From the NCBI RefSeq assembly GCF_009914755.1, contig NC_060928.1: 64,000 nucleotides of DNA, one strand, 5' to 3'. A program made the translations under genes and the position numbers. Source of the stretch: the human T2T-CHM13v2.0 reference genome, Homo sapiens. The notes below the pieces were generated by a model. That model saw only the letters and a program-made list of their open reading frames with translations, did not search any database and was not told the origin of the DNA. The first letter of the stretch is position 1. Every line of letters begins with the position of its first letter. Below, one piece after another: positions 13,991 to 25,402 of this stretch.

Positions 13991-15342
13991 GTCCAGAAAG
14001 CCGCAACACTTTGGGCTGTTTCCTCCCCTGCGCAAAGCTCCCTGAGTCAGCTTGCTCTCAGGGGCACAAGTGTAAGGCTGAAATAAACGCCAGTAGAGCG
14101 GGGCGGGGTGGAGGGGGGGGTGGGGGGCAGCAAGTTGGTGGAGCGCAAGGCTCCCCTCCGTGCTCAGATGAGGAAACTGAGGCAGAAGTGGGCCCTTCTA
14201 TGCAACAACTGAAGGGTGTGATATGGAGGGACAGAGCAAACGGGAAGACTGCCTGCCTGGGCTCCTCACTCAGCTCCCTGGGCTGTCAGCTGCCCTGTAA
14301 AGGGGGATGATACTATAGTAATAATAGTCAGGAAGTGGCTTCTGAGAAACGCAGGCTCCTCCTTTCAGCACAAATTTGCTGAACACCTAGTTGGGTCTAA
14401 GCCTCTGTTGAGCCCTGGCAACAAGCAGGGAAGAGTCTGCGGCCTGGGGGAGCCCAGGGTCCTGCAGTACAGACGGGCAGGAAGCCAGCAACAGTGGCCC
14501 CAGGCAATTGGCACCAGGAAGCAGAGGGCAGGGGCCACAGGGAGGACTGTGACCTCCCCCACGAGGATGCCAGGACCCAGGCCGGGAGGCAGGGCCATGT
14601 GAGCGACCACCACCACTGGGGAGAAGAAAGCTCCTTCCTGCTGCTCAGCCCAGAACGCCCTGCCTTGTGTGTGCTGGGGTGAAATCTGCAGGGAGCTGCT
14701 CCTGGTCAGAGCTCCGGCTTCTCTACACCTTCCCGGCTGGGAGCACTTCCCTGCCTCCTGCATTCCGCAGCTGCCTCAGCTGTAAAGCAACGGGGTAAGA
14801 GGACATCCGCTCCATGGCATGGTTGAAAGGTCTCCCTGAAATCACAGGGGTGATTCTAGGCAGGGGAGAGGGACCGAAGTTTGTCGGGAGTCTCAAGACG
14901 TAGAGACCTTCCAGAAAGGCTCCTCCCTCTTATGCTGGCACAGTGCAGGCCCTGAATAAATGTCTGTGAGTGTCTGTAACTGTGTTTGGTCCGTGCCTGT
15001 GAGGGCGCGGGGAGTTGGGCGGTGTGACTGCAGTAACAGCGCTGAGAGGTAGTGAGCTCCTGGTCAGGGGAGGCATTCAATGGGAATGTGAGTAATCTCC
15101 AGCCCCGCCTGGCTGGAGCACAAACCAGATGGTCTCCAAGGGCCCCCTCCCTCCACAGCCTGTGAGTCCACAAGTCTAAGATTTGGGAATTCTCAGGTAC
15201 AAGACTGCTGATTCCCCAACATGGATTAAACACTTCCTGTGTGCACCCTGGTGGGGGAAAGCAGATATCCTTCCTGCACAGGTGCAGGGACACCCAGAAG
15301 AGTGGCAGACCTGTCGGGAGGAGACCACTGACATGTCTAAGA

Positions 15343-15634
15343 TTCTGAGTCTGTGAGTTTAAGATTCTATAATATGAATATCCTATTACCATTATGGCTC
15401 ATAACAGTGGTTACTCCTTATTGAGCACCTACTGTATGCTATGGTGTGTGGCCTGTTCTGGGGGCGGCCTTTAAATTATTTACTCAACCCTTTCAGAGTG
15501 AGAGGGGTGCTTACATTTCCCCATGTAGAGATGGGGAAACTCAAGCTCAGGAGGGGAGGGCCCAGGGGAGCTAGAATAGAGGAAGGCAGAACTGGTTAGT
15601 AGCCCAGGCTGCAACCAAGTTCCTAGTTTTTAAA
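15343..15634 (-). repeat. Left arm of inverted duplication (MIR-containing)
   Basis: Reverse complement of 16066-16355, ~90% identity by hand alignment. Confidence 0.95.
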
Positions 15635-15974
15635 TATAAGACATTAAGACCCCTTAGGTACAAAACTCTATTAGTCCGTGATACTCAGCTTCTGACTATT
15701 ACTTTAAATTTCCATGGCTTTAAGCTTATTTGGTATGCGAGCCCAGGCTCCTGTGCTTTAAAAGTGCCAGCTCCCAGGCGCTCAGGGCCTCAGTCTGTCT
15801 CCCCTGCCACTTCCCTCCTCGGGCCATCACAGGTCCCCCGGGCTATCACGCTTGGCTGTGGGAGCTGGCCAGACCCGGTTAATTGTTATAAAGCACTTAG
15901 ACACTCGCAGGCGTCAAGAGCCATGTCACACCGACATTATTTCATTACCATTCCTTAGAGACAGAGCCATCAGT

Positions 15975-16285
15975 GAAGGTCTGAAAACAGGACTCAGGGC
16001 CAGCAGCCTGGGCCTCATCCACCTAGGAGCAGCCCTCTAGGGCTGTGGGCAAGTCATTTAACTCCTTTTAAAACTCCCAGCTGGTTGCAGCTCGGGCTTC
16101 TAGCCAGCTCCGCCTTCCTTATTCTAGTTCCCCTGGGCCCGCTCCTCCTGAGCCTCAGTTTCCCCATCTCTACATGGGGAAATACAAGCACCCCTCTCAC
16201 TCTGGGAGGGTTGAGTAGATAATTTACAGGCCGCCCCCAGAACAGGCCACACACCATAGCATACGGTAAGTGCTCAATAAGGAGT
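15975..16285 (+). mobile_element. MIR SINE with an internal non-MIR segment at ~16066-16148
   Basis: gggcaagtcatttaact...ctgagcctcagtttccccatct...gtaagtgctcaataa. Confidence 0.75.
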
Positions 16286-16355
16286 AACCACTGTTATGAA
16301 CCATAATGGTAATAGGATACTCACATTATAGAATCTTGGACTCACAGGCTTAGAT
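16066..16355 (+). repeat. Right arm of inverted duplication
   Basis: Reverse complement of 15343-15634. Confidence 0.95.
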
Positions 16356-17698
16356 GTTCCTGAGAGCAGAGAGAGGCGGGGTGTCCCTGGGCCCAGGGCC
16401 CATCCTGGAGCAGCCGGAGGCCATCGGGCCACCCCGCACAGGGCGTCGGGGGACTGCAGGGGGCAAGCTGTTCCCGAGTGCGCCAGACTCCCTGGAGCGT
16501 CTTCCAGCACAGGTGGCCTCTGTCCACGTAGGACGCTGAAGGGCTTTGCAGACCCGCAGTGGGCTTTTGTTAATCTCACCCATGACTGCATCTAAAACTG
16601 TGTTCAAAGCCGCGGCACCCACCCGGCACCTGGCTAGACAAGCGTGGGTCAGCTCCGTTCATTCCTCCCTGCCTTCGTTCATTCACTCAGTAGATGCTAT
16701 GGGCCAGCCTTGAGCCAGGCCTCGGTGACAGTGGGGCAGGTGAATGAGTGAGAGCCCTGGCCCCTGGGACCAGCGTCTCTCTGGGGAGTTAAGCCCATGA
16801 CCATGACTGTGGTCTTTGGAACGAGTGCTAGGGTGGGGTGAAGGGGAGGTGCCCAGCCCGCCTGGTGGAGGCCAGAGGTGGCTCCCAGGGAAGAGGGCGT
16901 GTGCCGAGCCCTGCAGATGAAGGGGCGCAGCCAGCAGAGGGGGACACGGGAGGACAGCATGTGCAAGGCCGGAGCCCAGGGACACGTGGCTGCGGTGGCA
17001 TCCCGCCCGGCCCCCGTGCCTCTGGGTAACGTGTGCGGAGCTCCTTGGAAAAGGTGTCTCCTGCCCACACCACCCTCCCAGCGTCCTGCGCTCAGCCTCA
17101 CTCTCCCTCAAAACTAAAGAACTGAGACCTACCCTAGCTGTTTCTCACTTCCCCAGTGAGGCCACAAAGCAAAGCAGACCCCCAAGCCTGGGAACAGGTC
17201 TGCAGTGGGCGGGGGGCGGTACTGCAGCCCCCACCGCAGAGCCTCCTTCCCCACTGCCCTGCCCCCTCCCTTCGGCCTCCAGGGAAGCAAAGCACTTTAG
17301 AATCATTTTTCCTGCCAGTCTCCAGAGGCTCCTCCCTTCCTCTGGTCCTTTGCAGCCCCAGCGTGGAGCCCCCCACTCCTTCTCCTTCTATTACACGCCT
17401 GAAGGGGGCTTCAAAAGCCCTCCAGCACTCCACGATACACCAGGTCTCCCCCAGACCAGGGGCGATGGCCTGGGACCCCTGGAGGTGGGAATCTGAACAC
17501 GGGGTTCCTTCGAGCTCGGTGCCCTTTGCTGGGGGTTGTGGGGGGCAGGCATTCTTTCTCCCACTGCGCTCTCCCAGAGTCTATTCCATTCCAGGTACCT
17601 GGAGATGCTGGGTGAGTCCTACAGAGGGGAGGGGCGGAGGAAGGTAAAACTGTCCCTGGCAATGTGACACACCCTGGCCTCGTCCAGCACTTCTACTA

Positions 17699-18949
17699 TA
17701 TACACTAAACATAAAATCCTTGGCCCCCCACCTACTGAACGGACCTCCTGGTAACCAAGGGGACCCCAGAAACCCCTGAAAACTGAGTTCTCGGCCGTGA
17801 TGGGATGGGTGGCCAGCCTCGCCTCATTCTACTCCCCTCCCTTCTGCGGTGTAGACACAACTGCCCAGCATTAATGTTAAAATAGAGGCCATGAGACCAG
17901 CAGAACAGACTCTTGGTGGCAATAAGATGCCAAATTATAAACAGGACCTGAGGCCCTGCGGGGCACGGGTTAAGCCATACACGCTTGCACTTAAAGAATA
18001 AAAATGCTCTGGCCACAAGGGTTTTCTTTTTCTCCAGCCGCTAAGCAAGCCCTGGCCTGGAGATAAGAAACGTAAAAACAATCACAGCTCATCCAGCTCC
18101 AGACACCAGCTAGCTGACCCCCTTCTCCAGCAGCCTAACACCAGCTTTCACTGAGCGAGAGACCATTTCAGGAACTTTCTCCTGATGAGAGACCAGCAAC
18201 CACGGGCTGCCTCTGGCCGGTTTCCAGAGACTGTGCACTTGCGCCTGAAAAGACCTTTCGATGTATAGGGCCTGACTGTAATACACTTATTTATTTCACT
18301 TTTTTATAAAATCAGCTCCTGCAGGAGTTGTAATACATTTAAATGTTAGATCTCCACCTCAATGTGAACACGGGTCATACGTTACGTGCATGTTTCTTCA
18401 ACATGCATGCAATAGGACCACGTTTGGCAATATCCATACCTCCTCCTATAACCTGTTCCATGTTATAACCTGTGTAGCCAGCCTGGTCAGCAGAAAGCTC
18501 CTGCTCCCGCCCCTCCTCCCTCGAAGCACCTGTTTCTCATGCTTCCTGGATGGCCACCTCTCAGGCTGTGACTCGTCAGAAGAAAGTCTCCCTCTCCTTT
18601 CCAAATTCATAGATATCATAGGTCTCTTTTTTTTTTTTTTTTTTTTGAGACAAGGTCTCTGTTGCCCAGGCTGGAGTGCAGTGGCACCATCTCAGCTCAC
18701 TACAATCTCTGCCTCCAGGTTCAACCGATTCTCCTTTCTCAGCCTCCCGAGTAGCTGGGATTACAGGCATGTGCCACCATGCCCAGCTAATTTTTGTATT
18801 TTTAGTAGAGAAGAGTTTCACCATGTTGGCCAAGCTGGTCTTGAACTCCTGACCTCAAGTGATCTGCCTGCCTCGGCCTCCCAAAGCGTTGGGATTACAG
18901 GCGTGAGCTACCGCACCCGCCGGTTTTTTTTTTTTTTTTTCAGTTAACA
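17699..18949 (+). mobile_element. ERV1 MER4-group solo LTR (MER49-like), split near its 3' end by an Alu
   Basis: ccaaggggaccccagaaa, cagcattaatgttaaaatagag, ggcaataagatgccaaattataaacaggacct; ends ttcagttaaca; TSD-like acta/agta. Confidence 0.8.
18625..18921 (-). mobile_element. AluS SINE inserted in LTR
   Basis: Poly-T plus full antisense Alu. Confidence 0.95.
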
Positions 18950-19929
18950 AGTAGATCATCTCATTTTGTCAAGATCCCCGGGAGTGGCACGTGCTATGGC
19001 TCTGTGGGCCCCTCTCCTCCCTGCCAGCTCTGTGCCCGAAGCCCACCTGCACAGCACCAACAGGCCTTCCCTGAGGCCAGGGGAGTGGAGGGGCCTGCTT
19101 GACTCAGGTCCTCCCAAAAGCTCCGACAGCTGTGATGGGGGGCTGCAATCACGTCCTTACCGTGTGCCGGCCAAGGTGGAGGCTGGTGCATTTGGTGCAA
19201 GGGCCATGAGGATGAGTGGTAGGAGAGGCAGCCATGGCAGCCAGGGCACCTACGCATGGCCGTTCCTCTCCCGTGTCTCAGTTCTCTGAGGTTCCCTTTG
19301 TCCTACACACGTGTCAGATGAGGAACGGAAGCTCAGGGGCCGACGGCTCACTCGGATGTTCCTCGGGCCAAGTACGTGGGGAGGACAGCAGGGGAGGGGG
19401 ATTTGCTGCCAGGGATGCTCCTGGGGAGCAGGGAAGGGGCCCGTCCTGAGGCTCTGCCAGGCTCTGGGTGGGCAGCTGCCATCATCACCCATGCACAGAC
19501 CCTGCGCCTCCAGGTGGGGGTCCGGCTAGCTTTGTGCAGGACGCCTGGTCTCCCCAGACCTGCTCCCTCTTCAAATTACTAATCTTAGGAAATGACGATT
19601 CTAGTTCTAGAAATTCTCGCCTTTTTTGGTACTAAAATCTGGTTTCCTGGAATGCAGTGCTCTGCTGGTTTTCTCTAATGCCATGCATCATGCTGGGGCT
19701 GCCAGCCTTTGGGCACTGACTGTGCCAGGGGCTGCTGCAGGCTACACCCATCCCATGTGGGCTTTGCAATGACCCAGTGCAGATGAGGAAACCGAGGCTC
19801 TGAGAGGTTGTGGGGGATGCGAGGCCTGGATCAGGGCAGGTGTGGAGACAAGGGGCTGGGGGCTGGAGGAAGACAGGCCCAGGGGAGGTGACTTACATAT
19901 AGGCACCAGGGGATGAGAGTGGTGCTCGT

Positions 19930-20700
19930 TCGTTCATCTTGCATTCACTCATGCAACAAACACTCACTAAGGACCTCCTGAGTACCGAGTGCTCACTGGG
20001 TGCCCCCTGAGTACTGAGCGCTCACCGGGTACCCCCTGAGTACTGAGCGATCACCGGGTACCCCCTGAGTACTGAGCACTCACCGGGTACCTTCTGAGTA
20101 CCGAGCGCTCTCTGGGTACCCCCTGAGTACTGAGCGCTCACCGGGTACCCCCTGAGTACTGAGTGCTCACCGGGTACCCCCTGAGTACTGAACAATCACC
20201 AGGTACCCCCTGAATACTGAGCAATCACTGGGTATGCCCTGAGTACTGAGCACCCACTGGGTATCCCCTGAGTACTGAGCATCCCCTGAGTACTGAGCAC
20301 TCACCGGGTACCCCCTGAGTACTGAGCGATCACTGGTTACCCCCTGAGTACTGAGTGATCACTGGGTACCCCCTGAGTACTGAGTGATCACTGGGTACCC
20401 CCTGAGTACTGAGCACTCACCAGGTACCCCCTGAGCACTGAGCGATCACTGGTTACCCCCTGAGTACTGGGTGATCACTGGGTACCCCCTGAGTACTGAG
20501 TGATCACTGGGTACCCCCTGGAAACTGAACACTCACCAGGTACCCCCTGAGTACTGAGCGATCACCAGGTACCCCCTGAGTACTGAGCACTCACTGGGTA
20601 TCCCCTGAGTACTGAGCATTCACCAGGCACCTGCTGTGCGCTGAGAACCAGCCCCCACAATGCAGAGGATGTGGCCCTGTCCTCAGGGCACTCAGCCTCC
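19930..20700 (-). mobile_element. L2 fragment hosting a VNTR
   Basis: cattcactcatgcaacaaacactcactaaggacctc before and ccaggcacctgctgtgcgctgagaa...ccctgtcctcagggcactcagcct after the VNTR. Confidence 0.6.
19977..20628. repeat. 29-bp VNTR, ~22 copies
   Basis: Unit ccccctgagtactgagcgatcaccgggta. Confidence 0.96.
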
Positions 20701-23700
20701 GTGGGTGGCATCTGACTGAACAAATCTGGCCGTGCCGTCTGGCTGTTCCAAGCATGGAGCTTCAGGAAGGTGGAGTGAGTCACTCTGCCTGGAGAGTGAG
20801 ATCAGGGAGGATTCCCAGGACAGGGGCAAGTCCATTTTCAGAGGGGTCTGAGAACACGTATGGCCTCAAAGGAGGCCAGAGCAGGAGGTGGGAGCTGAGC
20901 ATGCACAGCAGCAGAGGAGGGACTGGCGGCTGGAAAAATGGCAGCTCATCCAGAATCTTCCACTGATGCCCCTGCTGCCAGTCCCAGGTCCTACCAGAGA
21001 CCCTCCCTGGGCCCAAGCTGACCACTGACCATCTCCCTGTGTCCTGAGGGCCAAGGAGGCAGCCCGACCTCCATCGTCATGTCCACAGCCCACAGCCCCA
21101 ACACCTGGTGGGGACTCGGGGACACACTTAGGCCTGGCAGCCCCCATGAAGGCCCCCATCAAGGCCCCCTTGAGGACGTGGAAATCCTTGCACAGTCACC
21201 ATCAAGCCCCTCCCCAGCTCCAGCACTGGTGGAGATCACACGAGTCCTTTGTCAGTGTGATTGGAAAGTGAATGGGTCAGGTTGCCCCAGCCTCATTTCA
21301 GAGGACTCTGGTGAAACAAGAACCCCCCAGCAGCTGTGATGGGGGCTGCAATTGCATCCCTATTGTGTGCCAGCAAAGGAGGGGGCTGGTGCAGTTGGTA
21401 TGAGGGTCCTGAGGCTGAGCGGCGGGAAGTGCAGTACCAGCTACGCCACTGCATCCCACCCATTGGAACACACTGCACAGAGCAGGCCTTTCATAATTTT
21501 TTTTTAAAAGTTTGCCTTTTCTAGATGTGATGAGGGAATGGTTAGATGAGGTACCTGAGCTCACAGAATGCCCACGGCCTCACCAGCAGGCACTCAGCTG
21601 CCGGCTCAGCCACAGCTCAGCCCTGACCGCCTGCTGCTAACCACCCTGCTCTTCAGCACAGACTGGAGCAGCTGCCATCACAGCTTTGCCCGGATGCGGA
21701 TGTGAGCCACCTTGAATTAACATCGGGTTGGTCTGTGCCCTGAACCAGCTGTCAGTTGTCCTGGGCTCTGCTGATGCCTCTCTGACCAGGGGCCACAGGG
21801 ACAAGAGAGGATGGGGCAGGGGCGAGAGGCAGGCCGGGTGGGCAGAAACCGGTCTGTACCCTCAGTGGGAGCCACAGCTCAGAACCTTCACTCCTCTGAT
21901 TCTCATCTGAAAAATGGGGCGCATCCTGTCTGCTCCCCAAATCGTGTGAGGGGCAGGATGTCATCAGTTTTGGGGGTAGAGCTGGGACTGCCCGGCTGTG
22001 AGCTTCTAGGACTGTCAGCTCAGAGACCAGCAGGGCGGGAGGAATCCCTCGATGACATCAGCAAGCGCAGTGAGGAGCAGACTGGAAGGGAGGGTTTGGC
22101 CCAAAAGAACCCTGTGTCCCACTGTGCATCTCTAGCCCCTCCCTTGCATTGTACAGTGAGCACCTGTACACGCACTGCCCAGGTGAAGAATGAGGCACTC
22201 ACCCAACCCAGGAGTACCCCTCCCCGTGCCCTCCCTGACCTCTGACCCTGCCCCCTGCCCCCTGTGTTCAGCCCTGGCCTCTGAGCGATGAGGAGGCAGG
22301 CTCCCATCCAGCCACTGAACCTCACTCTTGGGACCTTCCTCGCTGGGCGGAGTGGAGGAGGTGGGGCCAGGATCCACCCCCAGTGCCTTGACCACCTGCA
22401 CGCTGCCTAGGCAGGTCTCCTGTCTCTGCTGACTTTTCTCAGTGCTGTTCATTTGTTATGTTCCGTAAACATTTATAGGACAACAACCCCGGTCCATGTC
22501 CCAGGCCCTCAAGGATGGGAGAGTCACCCTCCACCCCTGCTGGGTTTGAGGGAAGGAGCCCACCACCAAGTTCCCGGGGCAGAATGGACAGGGCACCCTG
22601 AGCAGGTGCTGCAGAGGCGAGGGCCACAGCCGGCTTCTCCTGCACCTCGGGCCAGGAGCCAGGGTGGACTCTGGAGCTAGGCTGACCCCAGCTGACGTCC
22701 AGCCCCACCTCTGCAGGCGCAGCCCTGGGAGTCAGCCCCAGCCCTGCCTTCCTTGTCCACCCTACAGTGACCACAGCTGCTGAAATCTCACTGTGTGGCC
22801 ACTGCCCTCGCTGGTCTGCTTCCCACCCAGGCCTTTGGGGATGCTGGCCACGTGTGTGGCATGGGTCGTGGCCAGCACAGTCCCACGTGGAGTGCAGAGC
22901 CAGTGGCAGGGGCAGCATCTGGTGCCGAGGTTCAGAGAAGCCTGGGAGCATTTGGGGCCGCTCCTCTGGCAGCTGGACACGCCTCCTGGCCGGCCCGGGG
23001 ACAATAATTAAGAATCAGGTTTCCCTCAAAAGGCTGTATTGCTGGGAGGGGTTATAAATCAAGATGACATTTTTATCACAGAGCAAAAATTAATTATTTA
23101 ACATGGGACATGTTTGTGCTCTCTTAACTGCCAGCAGGGTGGCTTGACTCGGGGTGGCCAGACGGTTCCAGCGCTGCAGGAATGGCTGCAGGAACGGCCC
23201 TCTCAGGGCTCTTGATGCAAGGGGGAAACTGAGGCCCAGAGAGGGGAAGGGGCTTGTCTAGGGTCTCACTGCCATTCATAGCAACTCTTCTGGCCCTGGA
23301 GCTCTCTGCCGACTATGCTGGAAGCCAGGTCCACCCAACCCCATCCATGAAGGGTGCCCGCATTGTGCAGGCAGCAAAGCCAGTGGGTGGATGGTGGTGG
23401 GGTCGAGGCTTGGTTAGGGGGGAGGCCCCAGCCCTGTGCTCCACACCTGCGCCTGTGCCAGCCACAATGTGCCCATCCCTTTCTCTCCTTCGTCCCCATG
23501 GCCCTTCAGAAAGCCCAGCCAGCTGGGTCCTGCTGCGGGGCCCATCAGGAAGGGGCGGCCACGGCTCCCTCCGGCTAGCTCAGGTCTGGCATTTCCCAGG
23601 AATGGGAGGTGGCCCTTGGGGGTGTGGGCCTGGGGGCGTGGGGTAGTCAGCATCTCCTGGAGGAACGTGGGTCCCCATCCCACGAGCTTCCAGCCCTCCT

Positions 23701-25288
23701 TCCTCCAGGAACTGTGGCCTCCTTCTCCCAGCCACCCCTGCCCTGGGTGCAGAAACACTTGGAGCGTGGAGATGAATTCCTGCAGGCCCCTGGTGGCTGA
23801 CTGCAGAGGGAGCCCACCCGATCATCATCCTGTGGCCGGAGGGACCCCAGGACCCTCTGAAACGGGGTTGTCCCAGCAAGATGGGAGGGGTCCCAGCACC
23901 TGCTGCTCGCTGAGTCATTCACTGATATGTGCCGTCAGAGTTCTCAGAGCCACCGGGCAACAGAGCAGACGAGGGTCTCACTGCCAGCAGAGCGGGCGCC
24001 TGAGCAGACGCTCTAGATGGGGACACTGTTGCCCCCTGAATGGCTCCTCTGTCTCCCCAGTGGTCCATCTCTTTCTCTCTTGCCCTTTCCTCTCCCTGTG
24101 CCCATCCATTCCCAGCCTGACCCTGGGCTCTGAGCCTGTGTGTGGCCAGCCATGGGGCCACAGAGTACAGTGGGAACCAGGCGGAAGTTCCCCCTGAGGG
24201 GCTGCTGGGCTGGGTTTGGGGCCAGCAAAGGTGTGGCAGGGTGACCAGGCTAGGGCCACCGAGCGGGGAGATGGTGGGGAGGGCTGGTCTTTGGGCAGAA
24301 AGAGTGACAGGCACTCACTTGCCACTGGGCCTGAGCTGCGGGACCCCCGGTCTGGGTGAAGGTGGGGAGACCAGCATCCTGAGCTGGGCCCCAGCCCATC
24401 TTCCTCCTGGGACCTTGTGTCCTCATCTGTTAAATGGGGTCACCCCTCTATCATGGACACATTGTGGGTGTGGCCCATACGATGGCCACTGGACAGCTCC
24501 CGTGGGTGGGAGCCCTGAACCAGGCCTTGGGAGAGGCTGGCTGACTAGCTTCCCATTCCCGGCATGCCAGGAGGAGGGAGCAGAGCTTTCGGAGGCCTCT
24601 TCGTCCGCACTGAGCTCCAGGTTGGCCCAGGGCTCCGGGAGGCAGCTGGCCTAGGGGTTCGTAGAGGATGGCATCCTCCCCACAGCTGCTCTTGCCTGTA
24701 AGTGGGCCCTGTGGGCAGCCTCTTAGGCCTGATTGTGAGCTCTGCCCCCTTCCGCCAGCCCCATCCACAACCCCCAGACTCTCTACCCTTCACCCCACAC
24801 TCAGGCCTCGCTCGGGACAAGGAAGCTGGGGCTACCCCTCAGCACCCTCCCCCACAACTGAACCCCAGGAGAGGGGCTGTCAGGGCCCCTCAGGGAGCCT
24901 CTCCACCTCCAGGAACCAGAAATGAAGCCCCATGGGCAGCTCCACGAAAGGACAGCTGCAGGCTCCCGTGAGCCCGGCACTCACACAGAGCACACAGGAG
25001 GGAAGGCCCAGGGCTCCATGCATGCAGGAAGGGCAGCACCCTGCAGCGGGACAGCCAGGTGCGAGGGCACAATCCTGCTCCTCGGGCTTGCTGGGCGCTG
25101 CGGGGCAGAGGTGGGAGCTCAGGCTTCACAGAGAGGTGGGAAGGTTCAGATGCCAGTGCCTCCACTGCTGTGAAGGGATCCAAGGAGGTCACTGTGCTGG
25201 GTGGGCCCAGGCAGGTCACTGACCTCTCTGGGACTGGGTTGCTTCCTCCATAAATGCAGGTTATCACAGTGCTCTGCAACCTGAGAGT

Positions 25289-25402
25289 CAGAAGAGGACA
25301 GGGACAACCCAGCACAGCACCCGGTACAGAAGAGGATGGGGACAACCTAGCGCAGCACCCAGTACAGAAGAAGATGGGGACAACCTAGCACAGCACCCGG
25401 TA
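25289..25402. repeat. 38-bp tandem repeat, 3 copies
   Basis: cagaagaggatggggacaacctagcacagcacccggta x3 with variants. Confidence 0.9.

Noticed and set aside
19977-20628. 29-bp partly palindromic repeats resembling a CRISPR array
   Set aside because: Units are head-to-tail with no unique spacers, there are no cas genes, and the context is primate (Alu/L1)
23436-24197. 253-aa non-repeat ORF
   Set aside because: No recognisable domain; Pro/Ser/Gly/Arg composition expected by chance in GC-rich DNA; overlapping ORFs in many frames
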